This document shows positions 50,689-58,696 of a stretch of 64,000 bases of DNA, piece by piece; the first letter of the stretch is position 1; every line of letters starts with the position of its first letter. Source of the stretch: Acidobacteria bacterium RIFCSPLOWO2_12_FULL_66_21 (GTDB lineage: Bacteria; Acidobacteriota; Vicinamibacteria; Vicinamibacterales; 2-12-FULL-66-21); assembly GCA_001767455.1 (NCBI GenBank), contig MELC01000044.1, forward strand, positions 30,163 through 94,162. The letters run 5' to 3'. Position numbers and translations under genes: made by a program. Below the pieces are notes generated by a model, which did no database searches, had not been told where the DNA came from, and saw only the letters and a program-made list of their open reading frames with translations.

Positions 50689-53555
50689 GATCGCGTGCCC
50701 GTATCTGTGCCGTGCGCCAGCGGAATCCGCCGCAGCTCCACCACCAGCCGTCGGAAATCCCCGTCGGAGCCCTTGGACTTGGTGAGAAAGCGCGTCGGGC
50801 CCAGGCGAAGGCGCCCGCGCTGTTCCTCCGTGAGGTCGCGACCTGTGTAGACGAGCACCGGAATGTCTCTCAGCTCGGGTCGCTGACGCATGGCGTCCAC
50901 GACATCGAAGCCGTCGCGTTCCGGGAGCCCGACGTCGAGCACCATGAGCGCGGGCGGCTCGGTCTCGGCCACTCGAATCGCCTCCTTGCCGGTTGTCGCG
51001 GTTCGGACCGCGATCCCTTCCCGCGAGAGCTGGCGCGCCATGACGTCGAGCAGTGTCAGGTCGTCCTCCACGAGCAAGACGTAGCGGGCCTGCGCGGCGA
51101 CACGACCCCGCTCCAGGCCATCGCGAATCGCCGCCAGCAGTTCGCGGCTGTCGACGCGTTCCGGGAGAAAGAGCACCAGGCTGTCCGACAACGCCTCGGG
51201 CGACACCACGAGTGGGCTCCCGAACAGAATCACCGGTATCGCCTCGAATGCTGGTTCCTGTCTGACGCGCGCGAGCAGCGCCGAGTCGCTTTCGAGCAGG
51301 ATAACGGCGACGTCGCCGCCCTGGAGCACCGCCCACGCAGCGTCCGCGTCCGGCACCGTGATGACGGCGTAGCCGGCCTGCGTGATCACTTCTTCGAAGG
51401 ACCTTCGGCACTCGGCGTCGTCGCCGCAGACCAGGATCGCGCGGCCGAGCCGCGGCGCGACAGGCCTGGGCGTAGTCGCGACCCGAAACCAGAAGGTGCT
51501 GCCGCCTCCTTCCTCGCTCTCGACGCCGATCGTGCCGCCATGCTGATCGATGGTCGACTTGCAGATCGCGAGCCCCAGGCCTGTGCCTCCCTTCTCACGC
51601 GCGTCGGACGTTTCGACCTGCCGGAATCGCTCGAAGATGGCCCGACGGTAGGCCGCGGGAACGCCTCGGCCGCGGTCCGTGACCCTGAACTCGACCCAGC
51701 CTTCTCCAGGCTGGACGCCGATCGTCACCACACCAGAGGGCGGCGAGAACTTCACGGCGTTGGACAGCAGATTGACGAGGACCTGCACGATCCGATCGGC
51801 GTCGGCCCAGATCGTCGAGGAGACCTCGGACGCTTCGATGGTGATGCCGTGCTCCCGTGCGAACGGCCCCACCGACTCGATGGCGCGGCGCAGGACCGAC
51901 TCGGCGGAGACCTGCCCGAACTGCAGCTCGATCTTGCCGGTCTCGAGCCGCTCGAGATCGAGGATGTCGTTGATGAGCGCGATCAGCCGAACCGCGTTGC
52001 GCTCGGCGATGGCCACGACCTCGACGACTTCGTCGGACAGCGCGCCAACCGCGCCCGAGGCCAGAAGGCCGAGCGACCCTCTGATCGACGTGAGCGGTGT
52101 CCGCAACTCGTGGCTCACCGTTGAGAGGAACCCCTGCTTGAGCCGTTCGACGTCCTTGAGCCGCTCGACCGTCTGCTCGGCGACGAACTTGGCGTTTTCC
52201 AGTTCGACGTTCTTCTCCTGGAGCATCTGCTCGATGTGTTTGCGCTCCGTGACGTCGCGCGCCGCCGCGAACACCCCCTGCAGCGTCCTGTCCCGGTCGT
52301 AGAAGGTGGTCGCATTGTAGGAGACCACCGTGGTCTTGCCGTCCCTGGCGCGCGCGGTGAGTTCATAGTTGGTGACCTTCTTCTCGCGCAGCACCAGTTT
52401 GATGGCCGCCTCGGCCCGCGCCGGATCGGTGAAGTAGTTCTTGAACGGCGCGCCGATCAGCTCGTCCCGCGTGCACCCGGTGAGCGCCTCCATCTGCCGG
52501 TTGACGTCGGTGATGATACCGGCCGGGTCGGTGGTCATTATCGCATCGATGTTGGACTCGATGAGCGAGCGCGTGTAGAACTGCTGATCGCGCAGGCGCT
52601 GATCGAGCTTCTGCTGCTCGGCTTCGACCCGCTTGCGCGCGGTATTATCGGTGCCAATCAACAGGTAGCCGATGATGGCGTCCTGCGCGTCGCGCAGCGC
52701 CGTGACCGACACGATGGCTGGAAAGCGGCTCCCATCCTTCCGGATGTAAGTCAGTTCGTAGATGTCCTCGATCCCGCGCGAGGCCTTGAAGACCAAGGCC
52801 TCGAAGCCCGGCGTGATCGTGGTAGCCAGCTCGGCGCTCAATGCTTCGGCACGCGCGATCACTTCCTGCGGGTCGGAAATGTCGGCCGGCGTGATCTGGT
52901 TCATCACTTCGGCGGCCGTGTAGCCCAGCATCCGCTCGGCGCCGACGTTGAAGATCTGAATGACGCCCTTCTCGTCGGTGGCGATACTCGAGAAGTTGGC
53001 GCTGTTGAAAATCGCGCTCTGCAGGGCCCCCGCCTGGAGCAGCGCCTCTTCCGCCCGCTTGCGCGCGGTGTTGTCGGTGCCAATCAGGAGATAGCCGATG
53101 ATGGCGTCCTGCGCGTCGCGCAGCGCGGTGACGGACACCACCGCCGGGAAGCGGCTCCCGTCCTTGCGGATATAGGTCAGTTCGTAGATGTCCTCGATGC
53201 CACGGGAGGCCTTGAACACCAGGGCCTCGAAGCCCGGCGTAATCGGGGTGCCGAGCTCGACGCTGAGCGCCTTGGCGCGCGCGATCACCTCCTGCGGATC
53301 GGAAATGTCGGCCGGGGTGATTGTGTTCAGTACCTCGGCGGCCGTGTAGCCGAGCATCCGCTCGGCGCCGACGTTGAAGATCTGAATGACACCCTTCTCG
53401 TCGGTCGCGATACTCGAGAAGTTAGCGCTGTTGAAAATCGCTTTCTGCAAGGCCCCGGTCTTGAGCAGAGCCTCTTCGCGTCGGACCTGAACAACGACAT
53501 CCACCGCGCCGGCAGCTTCGTCGGCAATGGCAGGATCGTAAGTGTGAGCGGACAT
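50685..53555 (-). CDS. Hybrid sensor histidine kinase: three PAS domains, HisKA, HATPase_c and two REC domains
   Basis: 'FLSTVSHELRTPLTSIRG' (H-box), 'LLSNAVKFSP', 'VTDRGRGVP' and 'GGTGLGLAICK'. REC domains '...VAVILLESD...' and 'VLLVEDDLTL...MVLDVGLPERDG...TKS'. ATG 53555 is preceded by GGAGG. Confidence 0.9.
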   Translation of the reverse strand: MSAHTYDPAIADEAAGAVDVVVQVRREEALLKTGALQKAIFNSANFSSIATDEKGVIQIFNVGAERMLGYTAAEVLNTITPADISDPQEVIARAKALSVELGTPITPGFEALVFKASRGIEDIYELTYIRKDGSRFPAVVSVTALRDAQDAIIGYLLIGTDNTARKRAEEALLQAGALQSAIFNSANFSSIATDEKGVIQIFNVGAERMLGYTAAEVMNQITPADISDPQEVIARAEALSAELATTITPGFEALVFKASRGIEDIYELTYIRKDGSRFPAIVSVTALRDAQDAIIGYLLIGTDNTARKRVEAEQQKLDQRLRDQQFYTRSLIESNIDAIMTTDPAGIITDVNRQMEALTGCTRDELIGAPFKNYFTDPARAEAAIKLVLREKKVTNYELTARARDGKTTVVSYNATTFYDRDRTLQGVFAAARDVTERKHIEQMLQEKNVELENAKFVAEQTVERLKDVERLKQGFLSTVSHELRTPLTSIRGSLGLLASGAVGALSDEVVEVVAIAERNAVRLIALINDILDLERLETGKIELQFGQVSAESVLRRAIESVGPFAREHGITIEASEVSSTIWADADRIVQVLVNLLSNAVKFSPPSGVVTIGVQPGEGWVEFRVTDRGRGVPAAYRRAIFERFRQVETSDAREKGGTGLGLAICKSTIDQHGGTIGVESEEGGGSTFWFRVATTPRPVAPRLGRAILVCGDDAECRRSFEEVITQAGYAVITVPDADAAWAVLQGGDVAVILLESDSALLARVRQEPAFEAIPVILFGSPLVVSPEALSDSLVLFLPERVDSRELLAAIRDGLERGRVAAQARYVLLVEDDLTLLDVMARQLSREGIAVRTATTGKEAIRVAETEPPALMVLDVGLPERDGFDVVDAMRQRPELRDIPVLVYTGRDLTEEQRGRLRLGPTRFLTKSKGSDGDFRRLVVELRRIPLAHGTDTGTRS
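52626..53471 (-). repeat. Tandem 423-bp (141-codon) duplication encoding two near-identical PAS domains
   Basis: 52626-53048 vs 53049-53471. For example, 'catccgctcggcgccgacgttgaagatctgaatgac' occurs at both ~52930 and ~53353. The protein copies differ at only about a dozen of 141 positions. Confidence 0.85.
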
Positions 53556-53735
53556 ATCCCAACCTCCGTTGAGTCCTTCACAGGTCTTTCGAGGCCGATC
53601 ACGCGGCCCGGGTCGCGAGAGGATGGTCGCTCGGCGCTGGCCGACTATGACTGATCCCGGCATTCGCCGCTGTGCAATCCGGCACAGCACGACCCCTCGC
53701 GTGTGCCCGGCTTCAACGCGGCAAGCGCCGACAGG

Positions 53736-54842
53736 CTACTTCTTATGTGTGATCCGATAAATCGCGCCCGCCGCGTCGTCGGCGACGAGCAGCGCCCCGT
53801 CCGGCATGACCAGGACGTCGGCGGGGCGTCCCCAGGCGCTGCGGCCCTGCAGCCATCCTTCCGCGACGGGCGTGTAGGTCGCCGTCTTGTTGCCGTCGAC
53901 TTTCACCATCATGACGCGGTAGCCGATGGGGGTCGAGCGGTTCCACGAGCCGTGCTCCGCGATGAAGATCTGGTTCCGGTACTCGGGCGGGAACATCTGT
54001 CCGGTGTAGAAACGCATGCCGATTGCCGCCACGTGGGGACCGAGCTTTCGCGCGGGGGGCTCGAACTCGCCGCACGCGCGCTTCGATCCGAACTCAGGGT
54101 CCGCGAAGTCTCCTCCATGGCAGTACGGGAAGCCGAAGTGCATGCCCTTGCGCGGCGCGCGGTTCAACTCGTCGGACGGCACGTCGTCGCCGAGATTGTC
54201 GCGGCCGTTGTCGGTGAACCACAGCTCGCGGGTGGCTGGATGCCAGTCGAATCCGACGGTATTGCGGATGCCGCTCGCGAACACCTCGAGGCCGCTGCCG
54301 TCCGGCTTCATCCGCATGATTGAACCGAACCGCGGATCGTCGCTCCGATCGCAGATGTTGCAGGGCGCACCGACCGGTACGTACAGCATCCCGTCGGGCC
54401 CGAACGCGATGAACTTCCATCCGTGATGCCGCTCGGTCGGGAACTTGTCGTTGACGACGACCGGCTCGGGCGGGTTGTCGAGGCGTGACTCGATGCCGTC
54501 GTACCTGATCACGCGGCTCACTTCGGCGACGTACAGCGAGCCATTTCGAAACGCCACGCCGCTCGGCATGTTGAGCCCGTTCGCGATCGTGACGAGTCGA
54601 TCCGCCTTGCCATCGCCATTGCCGTCGATGACGGCGTGGACCTTCCGCGCCGAGCGGCTGCCGACAAACAGCGTTCCTTTGTCGCCGAGCGCCATCTGCC
54701 GCGCGTTCGGGACGCCGGTCGCGTAGACGTCGATGGAAAAGCCCGGCGGCAGGTTGATGCGATCGAGCGGCAGCCTCGATTCAGAGGGTGCCTGCCCGGT
54801 GGCCAGCGCAACAAGCCCGACAGTGACAAGCGATCTCCACAT
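53736..54842 (-). CDS. PQQ-dependent soluble sugar (aldose/sorbosone) dehydrogenase family protein
   Basis: Signal peptide 'MWRSLVTVGLVALATG'. 'MPSGVAFRNGSLYVAE', 'HHGWKFIAFGPDGMLYVPVGAPCN', 'GIRNTVGFDWHP...LWFTDNGRD' and 'HFGFPYCHG'. Confidence 0.8.
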   Translation of the reverse strand: MWRSLVTVGLVALATGQAPSESRLPLDRINLPPGFSIDVYATGVPNARQMALGDKGTLFVGSRSARKVHAVIDGNGDGKADRLVTIANGLNMPSGVAFRNGSLYVAEVSRVIRYDGIESRLDNPPEPVVVNDKFPTERHHGWKFIAFGPDGMLYVPVGAPCNICDRSDDPRFGSIMRMKPDGSGLEVFASGIRNTVGFDWHPATRELWFTDNGRDNLGDDVPSDELNRAPRKGMHFGFPYCHGGDFADPEFGSKRACGEFEPPARKLGPHVAAIGMRFYTGQMFPPEYRNQIFIAEHGSWNRSTPIGYRVMMVKVDGNKTATYTPVAEGWLQGRSAWGRPADVLVMPDGALLVADDAAGAIYRITHKK

Positions 54843-54890
54843 AAGATGGAATCGTAAGCCACAGCGACTGCAGAATCCATATCGATATCG

Positions 54891-56087
54891 ATGAAGATTC
54901 ATCCGGCCCTTCTGCTCTGTCTTGCCGAGGCGCTCAGCATGGCCGGTTTCTCCGTCTATCCCGCGCTGCTGCCGGAGCTTCGCGCTGAGTGGGGGCTCAC
55001 CAACACCGCCGCGGGGCTGATCGGCGGCGCGTTCTTCGGCGGCTACATGATCGCGGTGCCGCTGCTCGTCGGTCTCACGGACCGCGTGCCGGCCCGCCGC
55101 GTGTATCTCGCGGGCTGTCTCCTGCTCGCCTGCGGATCGGTCGGGTTCGGGCGGATCGCCGGCGGGGTCCGGGGCGCCGTCCTGTTCCAGGCAATCACCG
55201 GCGCCGGCCTCGCCGGGACGTACATGCCCGGGCTGAAGGAGCTCTCCGACAGTGTCCGCGGGCCGCGCCAGTCGCGCGCGATTGCGTTCTACACATCCAC
55301 GTTCGGCATCGGCACGAGCCTCTCCCTGCTCTTCGCCGGAGCCGTCGCCGACCGGGCGGGGTGGCGCGAGGCGTTCGCACTGTCGGCCATCGGTCCGATC
55401 GCGGCGGCGGCGCTCGTCGCCGCGGGCCTCCCTTCATCAGGCCCCACCCACGGCATGCCGGCGGCGCGCCGCCTGTTCGACTTTGCGCCGGTCTACCGCA
55501 ACCGGGCCGTCATGGGCTTCATCCTTGGATACTCCGCGCACTGCTGGGAACTGTTCGCGCTGCGGTCGTGGATGGTCGCCTATTTCGCGTACGTCGCGGC
55601 CACCCATGCCGCATGGCCGCGCGGCTGGACGGGACCGGCGCTCGCGGCGGCGATCAACCTGCTGGGCCCTCCGTCGAGCATTCTTGGCAACGAGGCCGCG
55701 GCGGGCCGGAGGAAGCAGACGATTGTCGTGCTGATGCTGGCGTCAGCGGCGGCCGGTTTCGCAACCGGATGGGGCGCCGCGCTGGGCGTGACGCTGGCAA
55801 TTGCGCTGGTGGCGATCTATTTCGTGGCGATCATGAGCGACTCGGCCGCGCTCACGGCCGGCATGGTGGAGGCCGCCGATCCCGCCGCACGCGGTGGCGC
55901 GATGGCCCTTCATTCATTCGGCGGGTTTGCGGCCGGGTTTCTCGCCCCGCTCGTGTTCGGGGTCATGCTGGATGCGGGCGGCGGCGCCCAGTCCGCGGTG
56001 GCCTGGCGGCTCGCCTTCGGCGGCGTAGCCCTCGTCGGCGTGACCGGGGCGCTGACGGTCCGCCGGATGGCAGGCCGGGTGCGGTAG
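54891..56087 (+). CDS. MFS transporter
   Basis: Twelve-TM pattern. 'GLIGGAFFGGYMIAVPLLVGLTDRVPARRV' (MFS motif A region). Confidence 0.8.
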   Translation: MKIHPALLLCLAEALSMAGFSVYPALLPELRAEWGLTNTAAGLIGGAFFGGYMIAVPLLVGLTDRVPARRVYLAGCLLLACGSVGFGRIAGGVRGAVLFQAITGAGLAGTYMPGLKELSDSVRGPRQSRAIAFYTSTFGIGTSLSLLFAGAVADRAGWREAFALSAIGPIAAAALVAAGLPSSGPTHGMPAARRLFDFAPVYRNRAVMGFILGYSAHCWELFALRSWMVAYFAYVAATHAAWPRGWTGPALAAAINLLGPPSSILGNEAAAGRRKQTIVVLMLASAAAGFATGWGAALGVTLAIALVAIYFVAIMSDSAALTAGMVEAADPAARGGAMALHSFGGFAAGFLAPLVFGVMLDAGGGAQSAVAWRLAFGGVALVGVTGALTVRRMAGRVR

Positions 56088-56135
56088 ATCGGCAAGAACC
56101 CGAAGCACCCTTTTCATTGGCGTTTCCGTCTAACC

Positions 56136-56249
56136 GTCCATTTCGGGGGTCTGACCCCAGTTTGGCCGCCGCATGCACATTTCGGGGTCAGACCCCGTTT
56201 CGACCGTCGCGTGCACATTTCGGGGTCAGACCCCGGTCTGGAGGCCCGC
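56136..56249 (+). repeat. Three tandem ~38-bp repeats, each containing the palindrome CGGGGTC(A/T)GACCCC
   Basis: Units at 56136-56173, 56174-56211 and 56212-56249. The first 24 nt of units B and C are identical (TGCACATTTCGGGGTCAGACCCCG). Unit A carries the complementary centre (GGGGGTCTGACCCC). The array ends at the RBS (GGAGG 56240-56244) and the TTG start of the permease. Confidence 0.85.
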
Positions 56250-58694
56250 TTGAGCAGTCTGCTGCAGGATCTTCGCTATACCCTTCGCGGCCTCCGCAAG
56301 AGCCCCGGGTTCGCGACCGTCGCGATCCTGACGCTCGCGCTCGGCATCGGCGCCAACACCGCGATCTTCAGCCTGGTCAACGCGGTCGTGCTCAGGCCGC
56401 TCCCGTACCCCGAACCGCAGCGGCTGATGTTCATCACCAGCCAGTTTCCGACGCTGGGGTTCGACCAGTTCTGGGTCTCCGCTCCCGAGTTCCTCGAGTT
56501 CGGCCGCCGCAACCAGGCGTTCGAGGCGGTGGGCGGCTACACCGTGCGCGCCGCGAACCTCGGCACCGACGTGCCGAGCCGGCCGGTCACGGCACTCGTC
56601 ACGCACGAGCTGATGCAGGCACTCGGCGTGCCGCCGATCCGCGGGCGGGCCTTCACGCTCGCCGATACGCTCCCGAATGCCGAGGACGTCGCCATCCTCT
56701 CTTCTGAGCTCTGGCAACGCGCGTTCGGGGAAAACGAGGCCACGATCGGCCAGGTTGTCGTCATCGACGGCGTGAAGACGCGGATCGTCGGCGTCATGCC
56801 GCGCGCGTACGACATCCACGATCAGAAAGTCGAACTGTGGCTGCCGCTCACGATCGATCCGGCGAACCCCGGCAACCGCGGCGGACACTTCCTGTATCTC
56901 GTCGGCCGTCTGAAGCCGGACATCACGCTGGCGCAGGCGCGGGCCGATCTCGAGTCCCAGCTCACGACGTGGAAGGACGTCGCGCCCGACAGCCACACGC
57001 CGAATCCGACCCGCCACCGCATTCGGATCGACCCGCTTCAGGAAGACATGATCGGCGCGGTCACGCGTCCGCTCTGGATCCTGCAGGGGGTCGTCGTCTT
57101 CGTTCTCCTCATCGCGTGCGCGAACCTCGCGAACCTGCTCCTGGCGCGCGCCGACTCGCGGCAGCACGAGTTCGCCGTCCGCACGGCGCTCGGCGCCGGT
57201 ACGGGACGGCTGCTGCGACAGTTCCTGACCGAAGGGGTGGTCCTGTCGATTGCCGGCGGCGCACTGGGGGCCGCCGCGGCGGCGCTGGGCCTCCGGCTGC
57301 TCGTCGCGACGCACCCTGACAGCATTCCTCGGTCGCAGGGGATCGGTGTCGATCTCACGGTTCTGGCCTTCACGCTGGCGATCGCCGTCGTCACCGGCGT
57401 ACTCTTCGCGCTTGCGCCGATGCTCCACCTCCGGCAGGCGAGCGTAAGCGGCTCGCTGAAAGAAGCGGGAGCGCGGACCTCGTCGCGTTCGGCGAAGGCC
57501 AGGCTGCGCGGCGGCCTCGTGATTGTCGAGGTCGCGCTCGCCGTGATCCTGGTCGTCGGCGCCGGACTGCTGCTGCGCAGCTTCTGGAACCTGATGAACG
57601 TCGACGCCGGCTTCAGCCGCTCGCAGCTCACCACGTTCCGTCTCGTCCTGCCGGCCGCGCTGTATCGTGACGGTCAGGCCAGGGCGAGCTTCTTCGATCG
57701 GCTCGTGACGAAACTCGGGGAGCTGCCCGGCGTGGAAAGCGCGGCCGCGATGAGCGGCTTGCCGCCGCTCCGGCAGGTCGACGCGAACGACACGCAGTTC
57801 GAAGGCGTCCCGCCGCCGCCCGCCGGTCCGATCCAGAACGTGGACTACTACCAGATCGTCACACCGGGCTATCTCGACACGATGGGCATTCCGCTCGTCA
57901 ACGGCCGCGCGTTTCGTCCGGAAGACGCGACGGGTGCGCCGATCCTGCTGGTGAACGAGACGCTCGCGAAGGTGTTCTATCCAGGCCAGGATCCCATCGG
58001 CCGCCGGATGCGTCCGGGCGGCCCGCCGAACGCGCCGTGGTTCACGATCGTCGGCGTGGTGAAAGACGTGAAACAGGGGGGTGTCGGGACCAAGACCGGC
58101 ACGGAACTCTACCTGCTCGCGGAACAACTGCCCGCCGTCGCTGGCTTCGGCGTCGCCAACATGAACCTCGTCGTGCGCTCGTCACTGCCGTTCGAGTCGC
58201 TCGCGCGCAACCTGCGCGACACGGTCCGCGCGATGGACCCGACGCTGCCGCCCGCGAACATGCGCTCGATGGACGACGTGTTCTCCGAGTCAGTCGCGCG
58301 GCCCCGCTTCCTCGTGCAGGTGCTCGGGATCTTCGCGGCGCTGGCGCTCGTGCTGGCTGCCGCCGGCACCTACGGCATCCTCTCGTATCTCGTCAGCGAA
58401 AGACGGCAGGAGATTGGCATCCGGATGGCGCTCGGCGCCACACCGGAGAGCGTCCTGCGCCTCATCATGCGTCAGGGTTTGACGCTCACAATCGGCGGAC
58501 TCGTCGTTGGACTCGCCGGCGCGTACATCTTGACGCGCCTCATGCAATCACTCCTGTTCCAGGTTCAACGGGCCGATCCGCTGACGGTTGCGGCGGTCGC
58601 GGTGTTCGTCGCCGCCGTCGGGTTTGCAGCCTGTGTCTTCCCGGCACGGCGCGCGACGATGGTCGACCCGGTCCGTGTGCTGAGGAGTCAATAG
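56250..58694 (+). CDS. MacB/FtsX-like duplicated ABC permease (ADOP-type, no PadR-coupling N-domain)
   Basis: '[50 protein letters not shown]', '[30 protein letters not shown]' and '[21 protein letters not shown]'. The TTG 56250 start is preferred over ORF-track 56211, which would translate the repeat array. Confidence 0.85.
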   Translation: MSSLLQDLRYTLRGLRKSPGFATVAILTLALGIGANTAIFSLVNAVVLRPLPYPEPQRLMFITSQFPTLGFDQFWVSAPEFLEFGRRNQAFEAVGGYTVRAANLGTDVPSRPVTALVTHELMQALGVPPIRGRAFTLADTLPNAEDVAILSSELWQRAFGENEATIGQVVVIDGVKTRIVGVMPRAYDIHDQKVELWLPLTIDPANPGNRGGHFLYLVGRLKPDITLAQARADLESQLTTWKDVAPDSHTPNPTRHRIRIDPLQEDMIGAVTRPLWILQGVVVFVLLIACANLANLLLARADSRQHEFAVRTALGAGTGRLLRQFLTEGVVLSIAGGALGAAAAALGLRLLVATHPDSIPRSQGIGVDLTVLAFTLAIAVVTGVLFALAPMLHLRQASVSGSLKEAGARTSSRSAKARLRGGLVIVEVALAVILVVGAGLLLRSFWNLMNVDAGFSRSQLTTFRLVLPAALYRDGQARASFFDRLVTKLGELPGVESAAAMSGLPPLRQVDANDTQFEGVPPPPAGPIQNVDYYQIVTPGYLDTMGIPLVNGRAFRPEDATGAPILLVNETLAKVFYPGQDPIGRRMRPGGPPNAPWFTIVGVVKDVKQGGVGTKTGTELYLLAEQLPAVAGFGVANMNLVVRSSLPFESLARNLRDTVRAMDPTLPPANMRSMDDVFSESVARPRFLVQVLGIFAALALVLAAAGTYGILSYLVSERRQEIGIRMALGATPESVLRLIMRQGLTLTIGGLVVGLAGAYILTRLMQSLLFQVQRADPLTVAAVAVFVAAVGFAACVFPARRATMVDPVRVLRSQ

Positions 58695-58696
58695 CC

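Noticed and set aside
56136-56249. The tandem palindromic repeats as a mini CRISPR array.
   Set aside because: There are only about 2.6 copies, and the variable stretches between the 24-nt cores are only ~14 nt. No cas genes are nearby, and the last unit merges into an RBS and start codon.
58037-58696. The 220-codon N-terminal extension of ORF 58037-61117, and likewise 56211-56249 for the upstream permease.
   Set aside because: The extension is Arg-rich out-of-frame overlap with the preceding permease gene. Canonical family N-termini ('MSGDVRYALRSF...', '[12 protein letters not shown]...') begin at 58697 and 56250, each with a good RBS.
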